Source of the DNA: Cyclobacteriaceae bacterium
Lineage (GTDB): Bacteria > Bacteroidota > Bacteroidia > Cytophagales > Cyclobacteriaceae
Length of the DNA: 64,000 bases
Direction: 5' to 3'
NCBI GenBank assembly: GCA_965228415.1
Contig: OZ245814.1
Location: forward strand, 2,001,125 to 2,065,124
The position numbers and the translations under genes were made by a program. Each line of letters starts with the position of its first letter. Within the stretch, counting starts at the first letter, position 1. Below are positions 10,879-20,333 of this stretch, one piece after another. Under the pieces are notes generated by a model. It was not told where the DNA came from and ran no database searches. It saw nothing but the letters and a program-made list of their open reading frames with translations.

Positions 10879-11454
10879 ATGGTTTACAATTACATATTCT
10901 GGTTAACAATAATCCTGTTCCCGGGAAGGACCACCGTTTCGCAACCCGAAATTATGGATAACAATAAGATTCAATGGTCGTTGGATCGCAAATTGTCCTG
11001 GGCGGATTTTAAAGGCAGTCCCAACACCGGCAGTCAATTTAGTGCCGAGTCCAGTTTACAGATTTCATATGGATTAAAAATACGCCAGGAGTCTGGTACT
11101 ACCCACTATTCATTTACGGTGGATTGTTATTTTGAAAAGAATTCCTCCTGGGTAAAGGATGGCAAAAAGACGGATAATCTATTGAAACACGAGCAATTGC
11201 ACTTTGATATTGCGGAATATTTCGGTAGAAAACTGAGAAGAGAATTTAAAAACAATTCCTTCAATATCGATAACTACCAAAGTAAATCCACTAAAATTTT
11301 CAATAAAAACTTCGCGGAATATCAAAGCTATCAGGCCAACTATGATGCTGAGACCCGGCACGGCAGCATGCCGGAACCGCAGGCAAATTGGGAGGAGCGC
11401 GTAAAAGTGCTACTGCAAAAAAGTAAAGCTTACAAAAAAAGTCAATCTCTTTAA
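10879..11454 (+). CDS. DUF922-like putative secreted Zn-metallopeptidase
   Basis: Signal peptide and an HExxH motif (LKHEQLHFDIAEY); the size and block order fit DUF922. Confidence 0.55.
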   Translation: MVYNYIFWLTIILFPGRTTVSQPEIMDNNKIQWSLDRKLSWADFKGSPNTGSQFSAESSLQISYGLKIRQESGTTHYSFTVDCYFEKNSSWVKDGKKTDNLLKHEQLHFDIAEYFGRKLRREFKNNSFNIDNYQSKSTKIFNKNFAEYQSYQANYDAETRHGSMPEPQANWEERVKVLLQKSKAYKKSQSL

Positions 11455-11478
11455 CTGAAATCATACTAAACCTTATCT

Positions 11479-14400
11479 ATGACCAAATTTTTTACCGGAT
11501 TTTTATTTTTCATATTCCTTTGTGCCATATGCAAGGTTGATGCACAGCAGTCAATGACTGCTCACACCGGACTTAAATTTATTGAGAATAAAGGGCAATG
11601 GGATCCATCTGTGCAATTTGCAGCCGATATTCCCGGGGGAAAGCTCCATTTAGAGAAAAATCAACTGCACTATACTTTTTATGACACCAGGGTTTTAACC
11701 AGGCAACACCATCCACATCTGGAAGAATCCAGCAGCCAGGCCCGGACTACAAGTCAAATTAAACATGAAGAGATTCCGTTGGAACATGTCCGGGTCATAT
11801 TCAACAATGCCAATACAAATGCCGGGTTGAAAATTAAAAAAAAGGGAGCTGAGACCTACAATTACTATTTGGGCGCCGACCGAAGCACCTGGACTTCCGG
11901 TTGCAGGGCATACGAGGAAGTAACCTATTCAGACTTGTACCCGGGGATCAATTTGCGGCTATATACCCAAAATAACCTGGTTAAATACGATTTAATACTG
12001 GAAAAAGGAGCTGATCCGGAACAGATCAAATTTAGTTATCAGGGCCTGGAGAAAATCAGTATTAAAAATAAACAGCTTTACTGCGAGACCAAAATCAATA
12101 CCTTCATTGAAAATATTCCCTATGCTTATCAGGTTGATGCAAAAGGCAAAAAAAAGGAGGTGATTTGTGAATTTCAATTGAAAAACAATGAAGTCTCGTT
12201 TCACTTTCCTAATGGATATAATCACAAAAAACAGTTGGTTATAGACCCGGAACTTATTTTTTCCACTTTTTCGGGCTCTGTAGCAGATAATTTCGGTTAC
12301 ACCGCTTGTTTCGATAATGATGGCAATCTCTATAGCGGAGGTATCGCGTTTGGGGCTGGCTTTCCTACTACGGGCAACTCGACATTTAATGGGGGCTTTT
12401 ATGATATGGGCATTTTGAAATATGATTCCTCAGGACATCAGTTACTTTATGCAACCTATATTGGTGGATTATCCCAGGATACTCCTCATAGCCTGATCGT
12501 AAACAATCAGAATGAACTACTGATATTAGGCACTACCGGATCATCCGATTATCCTACTTCCACTGGCGCATATGACGAAACATTTAATGGCGGCACTTTC
12601 TTTTCAATTTTTAACAGTTTAAATGAAGGTTCGGATATTGTATTGACCAAATTAAACCAAAACGGCGTATTGATGGCATCGACCTTTGTGGGTAGCAATG
12701 GCAATGATGGAATTTTAAAGATGGTCGGCATTGGCAATTATACGAATGATTTAATCCGGAATTACGGGGATTATGTGAGGGGGGATATTATCGTGGATAC
12801 AGATGATAATATATATGTAGCCAGCAGCACAGATGCAGATGGGTTTCCAACTACCAGCGCTATTCAGCCCAATTTTTCAGGAGGCAACTCCGATGCCGTT
12901 ATTTTTAAAATGACCGCTGATCTAAATGATCTGTTATGGAGTTCCTATCTTGGCGGAACTGCTGATGATGCTACCTATTCAATTAAAATAGATGAATCAA
13001 ATTTTGTGTACGTGGGTGGGGGCACAAACAGTACAAATTTCCCATCAACCGGTGGTGTTATTAACGAACACCTCAGTGGTAACATCGATGGTTTTATCAC
13101 TAAAATTGATGTTGAAAATGATAGCATCGTATACAGCACCTTTTTGGGCACCTCTAATTACGACCAGATCTATTTCATAGATATTGACAATTCGGAAAAC
13201 GTTTACGCATTTGGTCAGACCAAAGGTAATTATCCTGTTACCGCGGGTGTCTTTAACAATCCGAATAGTGGTCAGTTTGTTCATAAATTAACCAACCGCC
13301 TGGATTCGACTTTATTTTCCCTGACTTTTGGATCTGGCACACCGGAACCCAATATTTCTCCTACGGCTTTTTTAGTGAATGAATGCGAAAATATATTTTT
13401 GAGTGGATGGGGAGGCAACATCAATAACAGCGGTAGTTCCAATCGCAATCAAGGTACAACCCATGGATTACCCGTTACCAACGATGCAATTTTCCCTGCC
13501 ACCGATGGATCAGATTTTTATTTAATGGCGTTGTCAGCGGACGGAGAGGATTTATTGTACGGAACATTTTTTGGGTCTACCAATACGGATGGAGATCATG
13601 TGGACGGTGGTACCAGCAGATTTGACAAAAGAGGTATCATCTATCAATCGGTATGTACCTGCGGTGGCAGCGCTGATAACTTTCCTACTACACCTGGCGC
13701 CTGGGCAACCGTCAATCGTGGCGTTAATGCTGTCGGTACAGAACGTTGCAATAACGCCGCATTTAAATTTGACCTCGCCTCTCTTGAAGCCAGACTCCAG
13801 ACCAATAACCTCATCGGCAATGATTTGGGGGTCAGAGACGGGTGCGCCCCGCTGGAGCTCATGTTCTTAAACCAAAGCGTTGGTGGTGTTGAGTTTTTGT
13901 GGAATTTTGGAGATGGTAATACCTCCACCCAAGTTGATAGCGTTGTCAATGTTTTTGAAGATCCCGGGTCTTATTTTGTCACCTTGACGGTAAGAGATAT
14001 CAATACCTGTACCGTGCAGGACATTGCGTCTGCCATTATCACGGTGCACGATGTAAACTTTAAAATCTCCGGGGATGTGGAGATATGTGGCGGGGAATCT
14101 ACCCAGCTGTCAGCTTCCGGAGGAGCCGGTTATATCTGGACCGATAGTAAAAATGCATTTGTTAGTGATATTGCCAATCCTGTCGTAGCCCCGGATTCTA
14201 CCAGTGTTTATAAGATCAACATCATAGACAGCAATGGCTGTACCTTTGAAGACTCGTTAACTGTCTCGGTGATTCCGCAGGTCACTGCTGATTTTGAAGT
14301 CAACAAACTCTTTAATTGTGAGTCCGTTCCGATTGTAAGTTTTGAAAACCAATCCATCAATGCGGAAACATTCCAGTGGGACTTTGGCGATGGTAATACA

Positions 14401-14754
14401 TCCGACGAAATCAGTCCGGTGCACCGGTATGAAGATATCGGTGACTACGAGGTGCAGTTGACGGTTTCATCCCAGGGCTGTCTGCATCAGGAAAAAAAGG
14501 CTTTCTCGGTTTCAAATTTATTTATTCCCAACGTCATTACCCTAAACAGTGACGGCAACAACGAAAAATTTCAACTTTTATCAGGGGAGCAGATAGCGGT
14601 AACCATCTTTAACCGCTGGGGAAAAAAGCTATTTGAAGCGAACAATTACCAAAATGACTGGCCCCGGAAAGATGTTGGGTCTGGTGTTTATTACTATGAG
14701 GCGGAGTTCCCAAATGGCACGCTTTGCAATGGCTGGGTACACGTCCTGAAATAA
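11479..14754 (+). CDS. Large secreted T9SS cargo protein with SBBP beta-propeller repeats, PKD domains and a type-B C-terminal sorting domain
   Basis: Signal peptide; repeated Gly/Asn-rich propeller blades (DNFGYTACFDNDGNLYSGG...); two PKD-like blocks (NFGDGNTSTQ, WDFGDGNTSDE). C-terminal ~90 aa match the gliding-motility-associated/T9SS type-B CTD (IPNVITLNSDGNNEKF...GVYYYEAEF...GWVHVLK). Confidence 0.8.
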   Translation: MTKFFTGFLFFIFLCAICKVDAQQSMTAHTGLKFIENKGQWDPSVQFAADIPGGKLHLEKNQLHYTFYDTRVLTRQHHPHLEESSSQARTTSQIKHEEIPLEHVRVIFNNANTNAGLKIKKKGAETYNYYLGADRSTWTSGCRAYEEVTYSDLYPGINLRLYTQNNLVKYDLILEKGADPEQIKFSYQGLEKISIKNKQLYCETKINTFIENIPYAYQVDAKGKKKEVICEFQLKNNEVSFHFPNGYNHKKQLVIDPELIFSTFSGSVADNFGYTACFDNDGNLYSGGIAFGAGFPTTGNSTFNGGFYDMGILKYDSSGHQLLYATYIGGLSQDTPHSLIVNNQNELLILGTTGSSDYPTSTGAYDETFNGGTFFSIFNSLNEGSDIVLTKLNQNGVLMASTFVGSNGNDGILKMVGIGNYTNDLIRNYGDYVRGDIIVDTDDNIYVASSTDADGFPTTSAIQPNFSGGNSDAVIFKMTADLNDLLWSSYLGGTADDATYSIKIDESNFVYVGGGTNSTNFPSTGGVINEHLSGNIDGFITKIDVENDSIVYSTFLGTSNYDQIYFIDIDNSENVYAFGQTKGNYPVTAGVFNNPNSGQFVHKLTNRLDSTLFSLTFGSGTPEPNISPTAFLVNECENIFLSGWGGNINNSGSSNRNQGTTHGLPVTNDAIFPATDGSDFYLMALSADGEDLLYGTFFGSTNTDGDHVDGGTSRFDKRGIIYQSVCTCGGSADNFPTTPGAWATVNRGVNAVGTERCNNAAFKFDLASLEARLQTNNLIGNDLGVRDGCAPLELMFLNQSVGGVEFLWNFGDGNTSTQVDSVVNVFEDPGSYFVTLTVRDINTCTVQDIASAIITVHDVNFKISGDVEICGGESTQLSASGGAGYIWTDSKNAFVSDIANPVVAPDSTSVYKINIIDSNGCTFEDSLTVSVIPQVTADFEVNKLFNCESVPIVSFENQSINAETFQWDFGDGNTSDEISPVHRYEDIGDYEVQLTVSSQGCLHQEKKAFSVSNLFIPNVITLNSDGNNEKFQLLSGEQIAVTIFNRWGKKLFEANNYQNDWPRKDVGSGVYYYEAEFPNGTLCNGWVHVLK

Positions 14755-14927
14755 CTGTGCTCGAGAACTCAATAAATTTTTCCATATTTATTTCAGGGTA
14801 AAATTTTTAATTCAGACAAATTCTTCATTTATTGCCTCTTAATTTTTTAAATTCCTTCTTCTAATATCCTGCATCAGGGATGGGGACTGGATATTTTTAA
14901 CCATGAAATAATCGACAAAAAGAGACT

Positions 14928-16760
14928 ATGCAACTTAATACTCTGGATTACAGCATCATTATTTGCTTCTTTATTATTGTTCTGGTCATTGGAATAGTAG
15001 TTTCTAAAAAATCAGGAAAAAATACCTCCGAGTATTTTCTATCCGGCCGTAGTATGCCCTGGTGGCTTTTGGGGTTTTCCATGGTGGCCACAACTTTTTC
15101 CACAGATACACCAAACCTGGTGACAGATATCGTTCGGTCTAGCGGGGTATCCGGCAATTGGGTCTGGTGGGCATTTCTATTGACGGGTTTATCGACCGTT
15201 TTTATATATGCAAAACTATGGCGCAAGTCAGATGTCTTGACTGACATGGAATTTTACGAGCTCCGGTATCAAGGCAAACCCGCCAAATTCCTCAGAGGTT
15301 TCAGATCCATTTATCTGGGTCTCTTTTTCAATATCATTACCCTGGCTTCCGTAAATTTAGCAGCTATAAAAATTGGGGGTATTATGTTGGGGTTGTCGCC
15401 GGTTGAAACGGTATTAATCGGGGGTGTCATCACCGCCATTTTTAGTGCTGTTGGTGGATTCAGGGGCGTAGTTTACACCGATTTCCTGTTGTTCTTTGTG
15501 GCCATTGTCGGCGCTGTAGGCGCTGCTTATTATTTAGTTAATATACCGGAAGTCGGAGGTGTTTCAAAACTAATTTCGCATGAAAACGTTTCCGGCAAAT
15601 TATCCATCTTACCGGATTTTTCGGATACTGAAGCGCTTATTGCCATATTAATCATTCCTTTGGCTATACAGTGGTGGAGTTCCTGGTACCCCGGTGCTGA
15701 GCCAGGTGGCGGTGGTTATATCGCACAACGGATGTTGGCGGCGAAAAATGAAAACCATGCCATCGCTTCTACTTTCTTCTTCAATATTATGCACTATGCC
15801 TTAAGGCCCTGGCCCTGGATACTGGTCGCACTGGCATCTATGGTGGTATATCCCGATATTGCCAGCATCCAGGAGGCTTTTCCCAACATAGAAGAAAGCA
15901 AATTGGGAAATGACCTGGCCTACTCCGCTATGTTAACCAGGTTGCCAAGTGGTCTGCTGGGCCTCGTACTGGCTTCTCTGGGTGCCGCTTATATGAGTAC
16001 CGTTTCAACTCAGCTAAACTGGGGGTCATCATATATTGTTAATGATTTTTACAAACAGCAGATTAAACCGGGGGCATCTGAAAAGGAATTGGTAAATGCC
16101 GGAAGGATTTCTACCGTAATACTGATGGTAGCAGGCGCTATCATGGCCTTACTGTTGACGAATGCGCTACAGCTTTTTGGTATACTGCTTATGTTTGGTG
16201 CCGGTACCGGCCTGGTCTATATTTTACGTTGGTTCTGGTGGCGCATCAACGCATGGAGTGAGATTTCAGTCATGTTTGCTGCCGCCATTGTCAGCCTTGT
16301 TTTAACTTTTTCTTCGCTTGGTGATATCCTTTTTGGCCACACCGACGAGATGGGCATGCTCATTGAAGGGGTCTTCCCCTCATGGGCCAGGTTTCCGGCA
16401 ATTGTAGTGGTTACTTCCATAATCTGGATAGCGGCTACTTTTCTCACCAAACCGGAGGACAAAGAGATTCTGAATAGTTTCTACAAAAAAACACAACCGG
16501 GAGGTCCGGGCTGGAAGAAAATAATAGATGAAGCCAAAGCCAATGGTGAGAACATCGTAGAGGATGAGAAAAAATGGATCGTTCCGTCTGGAATACTGGC
16601 GATGATCCTGGGTTGTATCCTGGTGTACAGCTGCATGTTTGCGACCGGTAATTGGATTTATGGCAATTATCCTCTGGCTATAGGGCTTTCGGCCAGTGCC
16701 ATCATTTCAGGATACTTGTTGGCCAGGGTATGGAAGACCTTGAAAAACGATATTTTGTAA
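14928..16760 (+). CDS. Sodium:solute symporter (SSS) family transporter
   Basis: 13–14 TM helices with the SSF N-terminal signature SEYFLSGRSMPWWLLGFSMVATTFSTDT. Confidence 0.85.
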   Translation: MQLNTLDYSIIICFFIIVLVIGIVVSKKSGKNTSEYFLSGRSMPWWLLGFSMVATTFSTDTPNLVTDIVRSSGVSGNWVWWAFLLTGLSTVFIYAKLWRKSDVLTDMEFYELRYQGKPAKFLRGFRSIYLGLFFNIITLASVNLAAIKIGGIMLGLSPVETVLIGGVITAIFSAVGGFRGVVYTDFLLFFVAIVGAVGAAYYLVNIPEVGGVSKLISHENVSGKLSILPDFSDTEALIAILIIPLAIQWWSSWYPGAEPGGGGYIAQRMLAAKNENHAIASTFFFNIMHYALRPWPWILVALASMVVYPDIASIQEAFPNIEESKLGNDLAYSAMLTRLPSGLLGLVLASLGAAYMSTVSTQLNWGSSYIVNDFYKQQIKPGASEKELVNAGRISTVILMVAGAIMALLLTNALQLFGILLMFGAGTGLVYILRWFWWRINAWSEISVMFAAAIVSLVLTFSSLGDILFGHTDEMGMLIEGVFPSWARFPAIVVVTSIIWIAATFLTKPEDKEILNSFYKKTQPGGPGWKKIIDEAKANGENIVEDEKKWIVPSGILAMILGCILVYSCMFATGNWIYGNYPLAIGLSASAIISGYLLARVWKTLKNDIL

Positions 16761-17173
16761 TATGTATAGGCTGGAATGGTAAGCTGAAGGGCGTATTCGG
16801 CTGAATTTGGTATTGCCCTGTTCTCTTACCATCAGGATAAGGATAACGTATCAAAATGTGCACCTCGAATTTAGCTTAATTTGTTGATTAGCCATGCTTT
16901 TAAGAAAGGACTTTTTACTTTTGTAAACAATGGCCCCATATCTATCGGGTATCGTTTACCAGGTTACCGGCTATAGGAATTTCAGTTAAAATCACTTTTT
17001 GCATCGGAACCAACCATTAAATTGTAAAAGTTGTTTTAATCTTACATACTGCCGGTTCACCGTGGCTTTTTATCAAGAATTTGAGATGAATAATTTTATA
17101 ACAATTAAAAACACTTTAAATTCACATAAATGTTTAACACAAACTATAACCATAAATAATTAAGCGTTTTGTT

Positions 17174-18262
17174 ATGACCACAGCTGAAATTAAATCAAGT
17201 TTTAAGCCCGGCGTATTGGCCGGAAATGATGTTCAGAATTTATTGAATTATGCGAACGAAAATAATTTTGCCCTGCCTGCGGTTAATGCCATAGGTACCA
17301 ATTCCATTAATGCCATTCTGGAAACGGCAAAATTTATTAACTCACCGGTCATTATTCAGTTTTCAAACGGCGGAGCAGTGTTTATTGCAGGAAAAGGTCT
17401 TGACAATACCAATCAGCGAGCAGCCATTGCCGGTGGGATTGCGGGTGCAAACCATGTACATATCCTGGCCGAAGAATACGAGGTGCCTGTGATTTTACAC
17501 ACTGACCATGCTGCCAAAAAATTATTACCCTGGATAGACGGATTGCTCGATGCAGGAGAGAAGTTCTATGAAAGGCACGGCAAACCTTTATTCAGCTCTC
17601 ATATGCTGGATTTATCAGAGGAGCCACTGGAAGAAAATATAGAAATTTCAAAAAGGTATCTGGAAAGAATGAGTAAACTGGACATGACGCTGGAAATTGA
17701 GTTGGGGGTAACCGGCGGTGAAGAGGATGGCGTTGATAATACCGACGTGGACAGTTCCAAGCTATACACTCAACCCGAAGAGGTGGCTTATGCCTATGAG
17801 GAATTAAGCCAGGTAAGTGACAGATTCACTGTGGCCGCGGCTTTTGGTAATGTTCACGGTGTCTATAAGCCTGGGAACGTGGAATTGAAGCCAATTATTT
17901 TGAAAAACACGCAGCAATATATTAAAGAGAAGTTTCAGACTTCCGAAAACCCGGTCAATTTTGTTTTCCATGGAGGTTCGGGCTCGCCAAAACATCAGAT
18001 CAAAGAGGCCATAGAGTATGGCGCCATTAAAATGAATATTGACACCGATATGCAATGGGCTTTTTGGGAAGGTGTAAAAGATTATTACGAAGAAAAGAAA
18101 GACTTCCTCCAAAGTCAGATAGGAAGTCCTTTGGGAGAAGATAGCCCCAATAAAAAGTACTATGATCCCAGGGTTTGGTTAAGAGAAGGCGAGAAAAACT
18201 TCGTGGAAAGGCTGAAACAGGCTTTTGACGATTTAAACTGCATTAATATCAATCCTTCATAA
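17174..18262 (+). CDS. fbaA: Fructose-bisphosphate aldolase, class II
   Basis: Length 362 aa with the class-II FBA blocks LLNYANENNFALPAVNA, VIIQFSNGGA and HTDHAAK. Confidence 0.9.
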   Translation: MTTAEIKSSFKPGVLAGNDVQNLLNYANENNFALPAVNAIGTNSINAILETAKFINSPVIIQFSNGGAVFIAGKGLDNTNQRAAIAGGIAGANHVHILAEEYEVPVILHTDHAAKKLLPWIDGLLDAGEKFYERHGKPLFSSHMLDLSEEPLEENIEISKRYLERMSKLDMTLEIELGVTGGEEDGVDNTDVDSSKLYTQPEEVAYAYEELSQVSDRFTVAAAFGNVHGVYKPGNVELKPIILKNTQQYIKEKFQTSENPVNFVFHGGSGSPKHQIKEAIEYGAIKMNIDTDMQWAFWEGVKDYYEEKKDFLQSQIGSPLGEDSPNKKYYDPRVWLREGEKNFVERLKQAFDDLNCININPS

Positions 18263-18271
18263 ATCCTGCAA

Positions 18272-18706
18272 ATGGAGGCAAGGAAAACCATTGCATTGGT
18301 AGCCCATGATAATGAAAAGGAAAGTTTATTATCATGGGCGCTTCAAAATAAAGCAAAATTAGAAAAGCATTCCCTATACGCAACAGGCACCACCGGTAAA
18401 CTCCTGAAAAGCAAATGTGGCCTGAAAGTAAAATCACTTCAAAGCGGCCCGCTGGGTGGAGACCTTCAAATTGGTGCGTTGATTGCCGAAGGAAAAATCA
18501 ATTTCCTTGTTTTTTTCTGGGATCCGCTGGAAGCCCAGCCTCATGACCCGGATGTGAAGGCTTTGCTGAGAATATGTGCGGTATGGAATATTCCTGTCGC
18601 ATGCAATCAATCATCTGCTGACTTTATGTTTAGCTCGCCATTGATCGATCAGGCCTATGATCACAGGATCAAATCATTTAAAGGACACCTTAACCGTAAA
18701 GTTTGA
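18272..18706 (+). CDS. mgsA: Methylglyoxal synthase
   Basis: Matches MgsA blocks IALVAHDNEK, ATGTTG, GGDLQIGA and FFWDPLEAQPHDPDV. Lies 10 bp downstream of fbaA. Confidence 0.85.
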   Translation: MEARKTIALVAHDNEKESLLSWALQNKAKLEKHSLYATGTTGKLLKSKCGLKVKSLQSGPLGGDLQIGALIAEGKINFLVFFWDPLEAQPHDPDVKALLRICAVWNIPVACNQSSADFMFSSPLIDQAYDHRIKSFKGHLNRKV

Positions 18707-18752
18707 CCTGGCTTAAGAGCGGCAAAACGGCTTTCAGACACACATCCAAAAC

Positions 18753-20117
18753 TCATTTTTTGTCATCTTCCAAAGCCTTAAAATATTTCTTTGCCTCTTT
18801 TTTAACTTTTGGAGACAATAGAATCGCCGAAATCATGGTGGGGATTGACATCAATGCATAAGATGCGTCTATGAGGCTGATAATGGATGCCAGTGAAGCG
18901 GTAGATCCAAATACAATGCTGCCGACATAAAAATAATTAAACACGTTCTTATATTTCGCGCCCGCAATAAATGACAGACATTTGGTGCCATAATAGGAAT
19001 ATGAAAAAAATGAAGTGGTGGCAAAAATGGTTACGCAAATCATTAATATGTAGATGCCCGCCTCCGGGATTGCCTGGGCAAAGGCGTTTACAGTAACTGT
19101 GACACCTCCGCTTTCGCTATCTTGCCAGGTACCGGTAATCAGGATAGCCAGGGCTGTTAAGGTACAAACGACAATGGTATCAATAAAAGGCCCCAGCATT
19201 GCTACCAGCCCCTCCCGCACAGGTTCCACGGTTTTGGCGGCACCATGTGCCATGGGAGCAGTGCCAATACCCGCCTCATTCGAAAATGCAGCCCGCCGGG
19301 CGCCGGCGATAATAATGGCTCCTAGCGCACCTCCCAATACTGCATCGCCGGTAAAAGCATCTTTAAATATCAATACAAAAGACGCCGGTACGGCATCGAA
19401 GTTGGACAGGAGGATGTAGAAAACCGATGCAAAATAAAGAACCACCATCATGGGCACCATTTTGCCGGCTACTTTGCCAATTCTTTTAATCCCTCCGAAT
19501 ATGACTAGTGACACCACAATGGTAATAACCAACCCCGTGATTAAATTGGTTTTGAAGGAACCTTCAATGCCATTAGGCACCAGGAGAACATCTCTTAAAA
19601 TCTGTGTAAATTGATTGGCCTGAAAGATCGGTAAGACGCCGATCAAACCGGCAACCGAAAAAAAGACGGCTAACGGCCTCCACTGCTTGCCCAATCCTTC
19701 TGTGATTACATACATAGGACCACCCTGTATTTCACCAAAAGTATCCTTGCCCCGGTACATGATGGCCAGGGTACAGGTAAAAAATTTGGTAGCTATACCG
19801 ATGACAGCACTTACCCACATCCAAAAGATGGCGCCAGGCCCGCCAGTTGTAATAGCCACAGCCACGCCACTAATGTTACCCATTCCAACAGTGGCAGCAA
19901 GCGCTGTAGACAATGCCTCATAGTGATTAATCTGTCCCGGATCATGTGGGTCATCGTATTTGCCACGTAAGACGTCGATGGCATGTCCAAAATACTTAAA
20001 GGGAATAAAATTCGAATAAATGACAAAATAAATCCCACCACCAAGTAACAAAATCAACAATGGCATACCCCACAACCAATTGCTAAAATCTACAATAAGA
20101 CGCTCAAAAATTTCCAA
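18753..20117 (-). CDS. Alanine/glycine:cation symporter (AGCS family)
   Basis: AGCS N-terminal signature (GGGIYFVIYSNFIPFKYFGHAIDVLRGKYDD...GQINHYEALSTALAATVGMGNISGVA) and ~11 TM helices. Confidence 0.85.
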   Translation of the reverse strand: MEIFERLIVDFSNWLWGMPLLILLLGGGIYFVIYSNFIPFKYFGHAIDVLRGKYDDPHDPGQINHYEALSTALAATVGMGNISGVAVAITTGGPGAIFWMWVSAVIGIATKFFTCTLAIMYRGKDTFGEIQGGPMYVITEGLGKQWRPLAVFFSVAGLIGVLPIFQANQFTQILRDVLLVPNGIEGSFKTNLITGLVITIVVSLVIFGGIKRIGKVAGKMVPMMVVLYFASVFYILLSNFDAVPASFVLIFKDAFTGDAVLGGALGAIIIAGARRAAFSNEAGIGTAPMAHGAAKTVEPVREGLVAMLGPFIDTIVVCTLTALAILITGTWQDSESGGVTVTVNAFAQAIPEAGIYILMICVTIFATTSFFSYSYYGTKCLSFIAGAKYKNVFNYFYVGSIVFGSTASLASIISLIDASYALMSIPTMISAILLSPKVKKEAKKYFKALEDDKK

Positions 20118-20333
20118 AAGATAAATTGATTTATGTTTGTCAGAAAAACGAATTCCCTAAATTAAAAGATTTCAGTTAAAAGTTGTAAGATAGTGAAAAT
20201 TAAGGCCTGTATTATTTATACGGCATTTTATTTGCCAATCATTCGCCTGCGACATGCTTTTGCTGCTTGAAAAGGGTAACCCGGTGGTAGGTAGTGGGCG
20301 AGTGAATACAAACAAGATTAAAAGACATTTCCT

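Noticed and set aside
18707-18752. Possible hairpin GCGGCAAAACGGC after mgsA
   Set aside because: The arms are not truly complementary, so no convincing stem forms.
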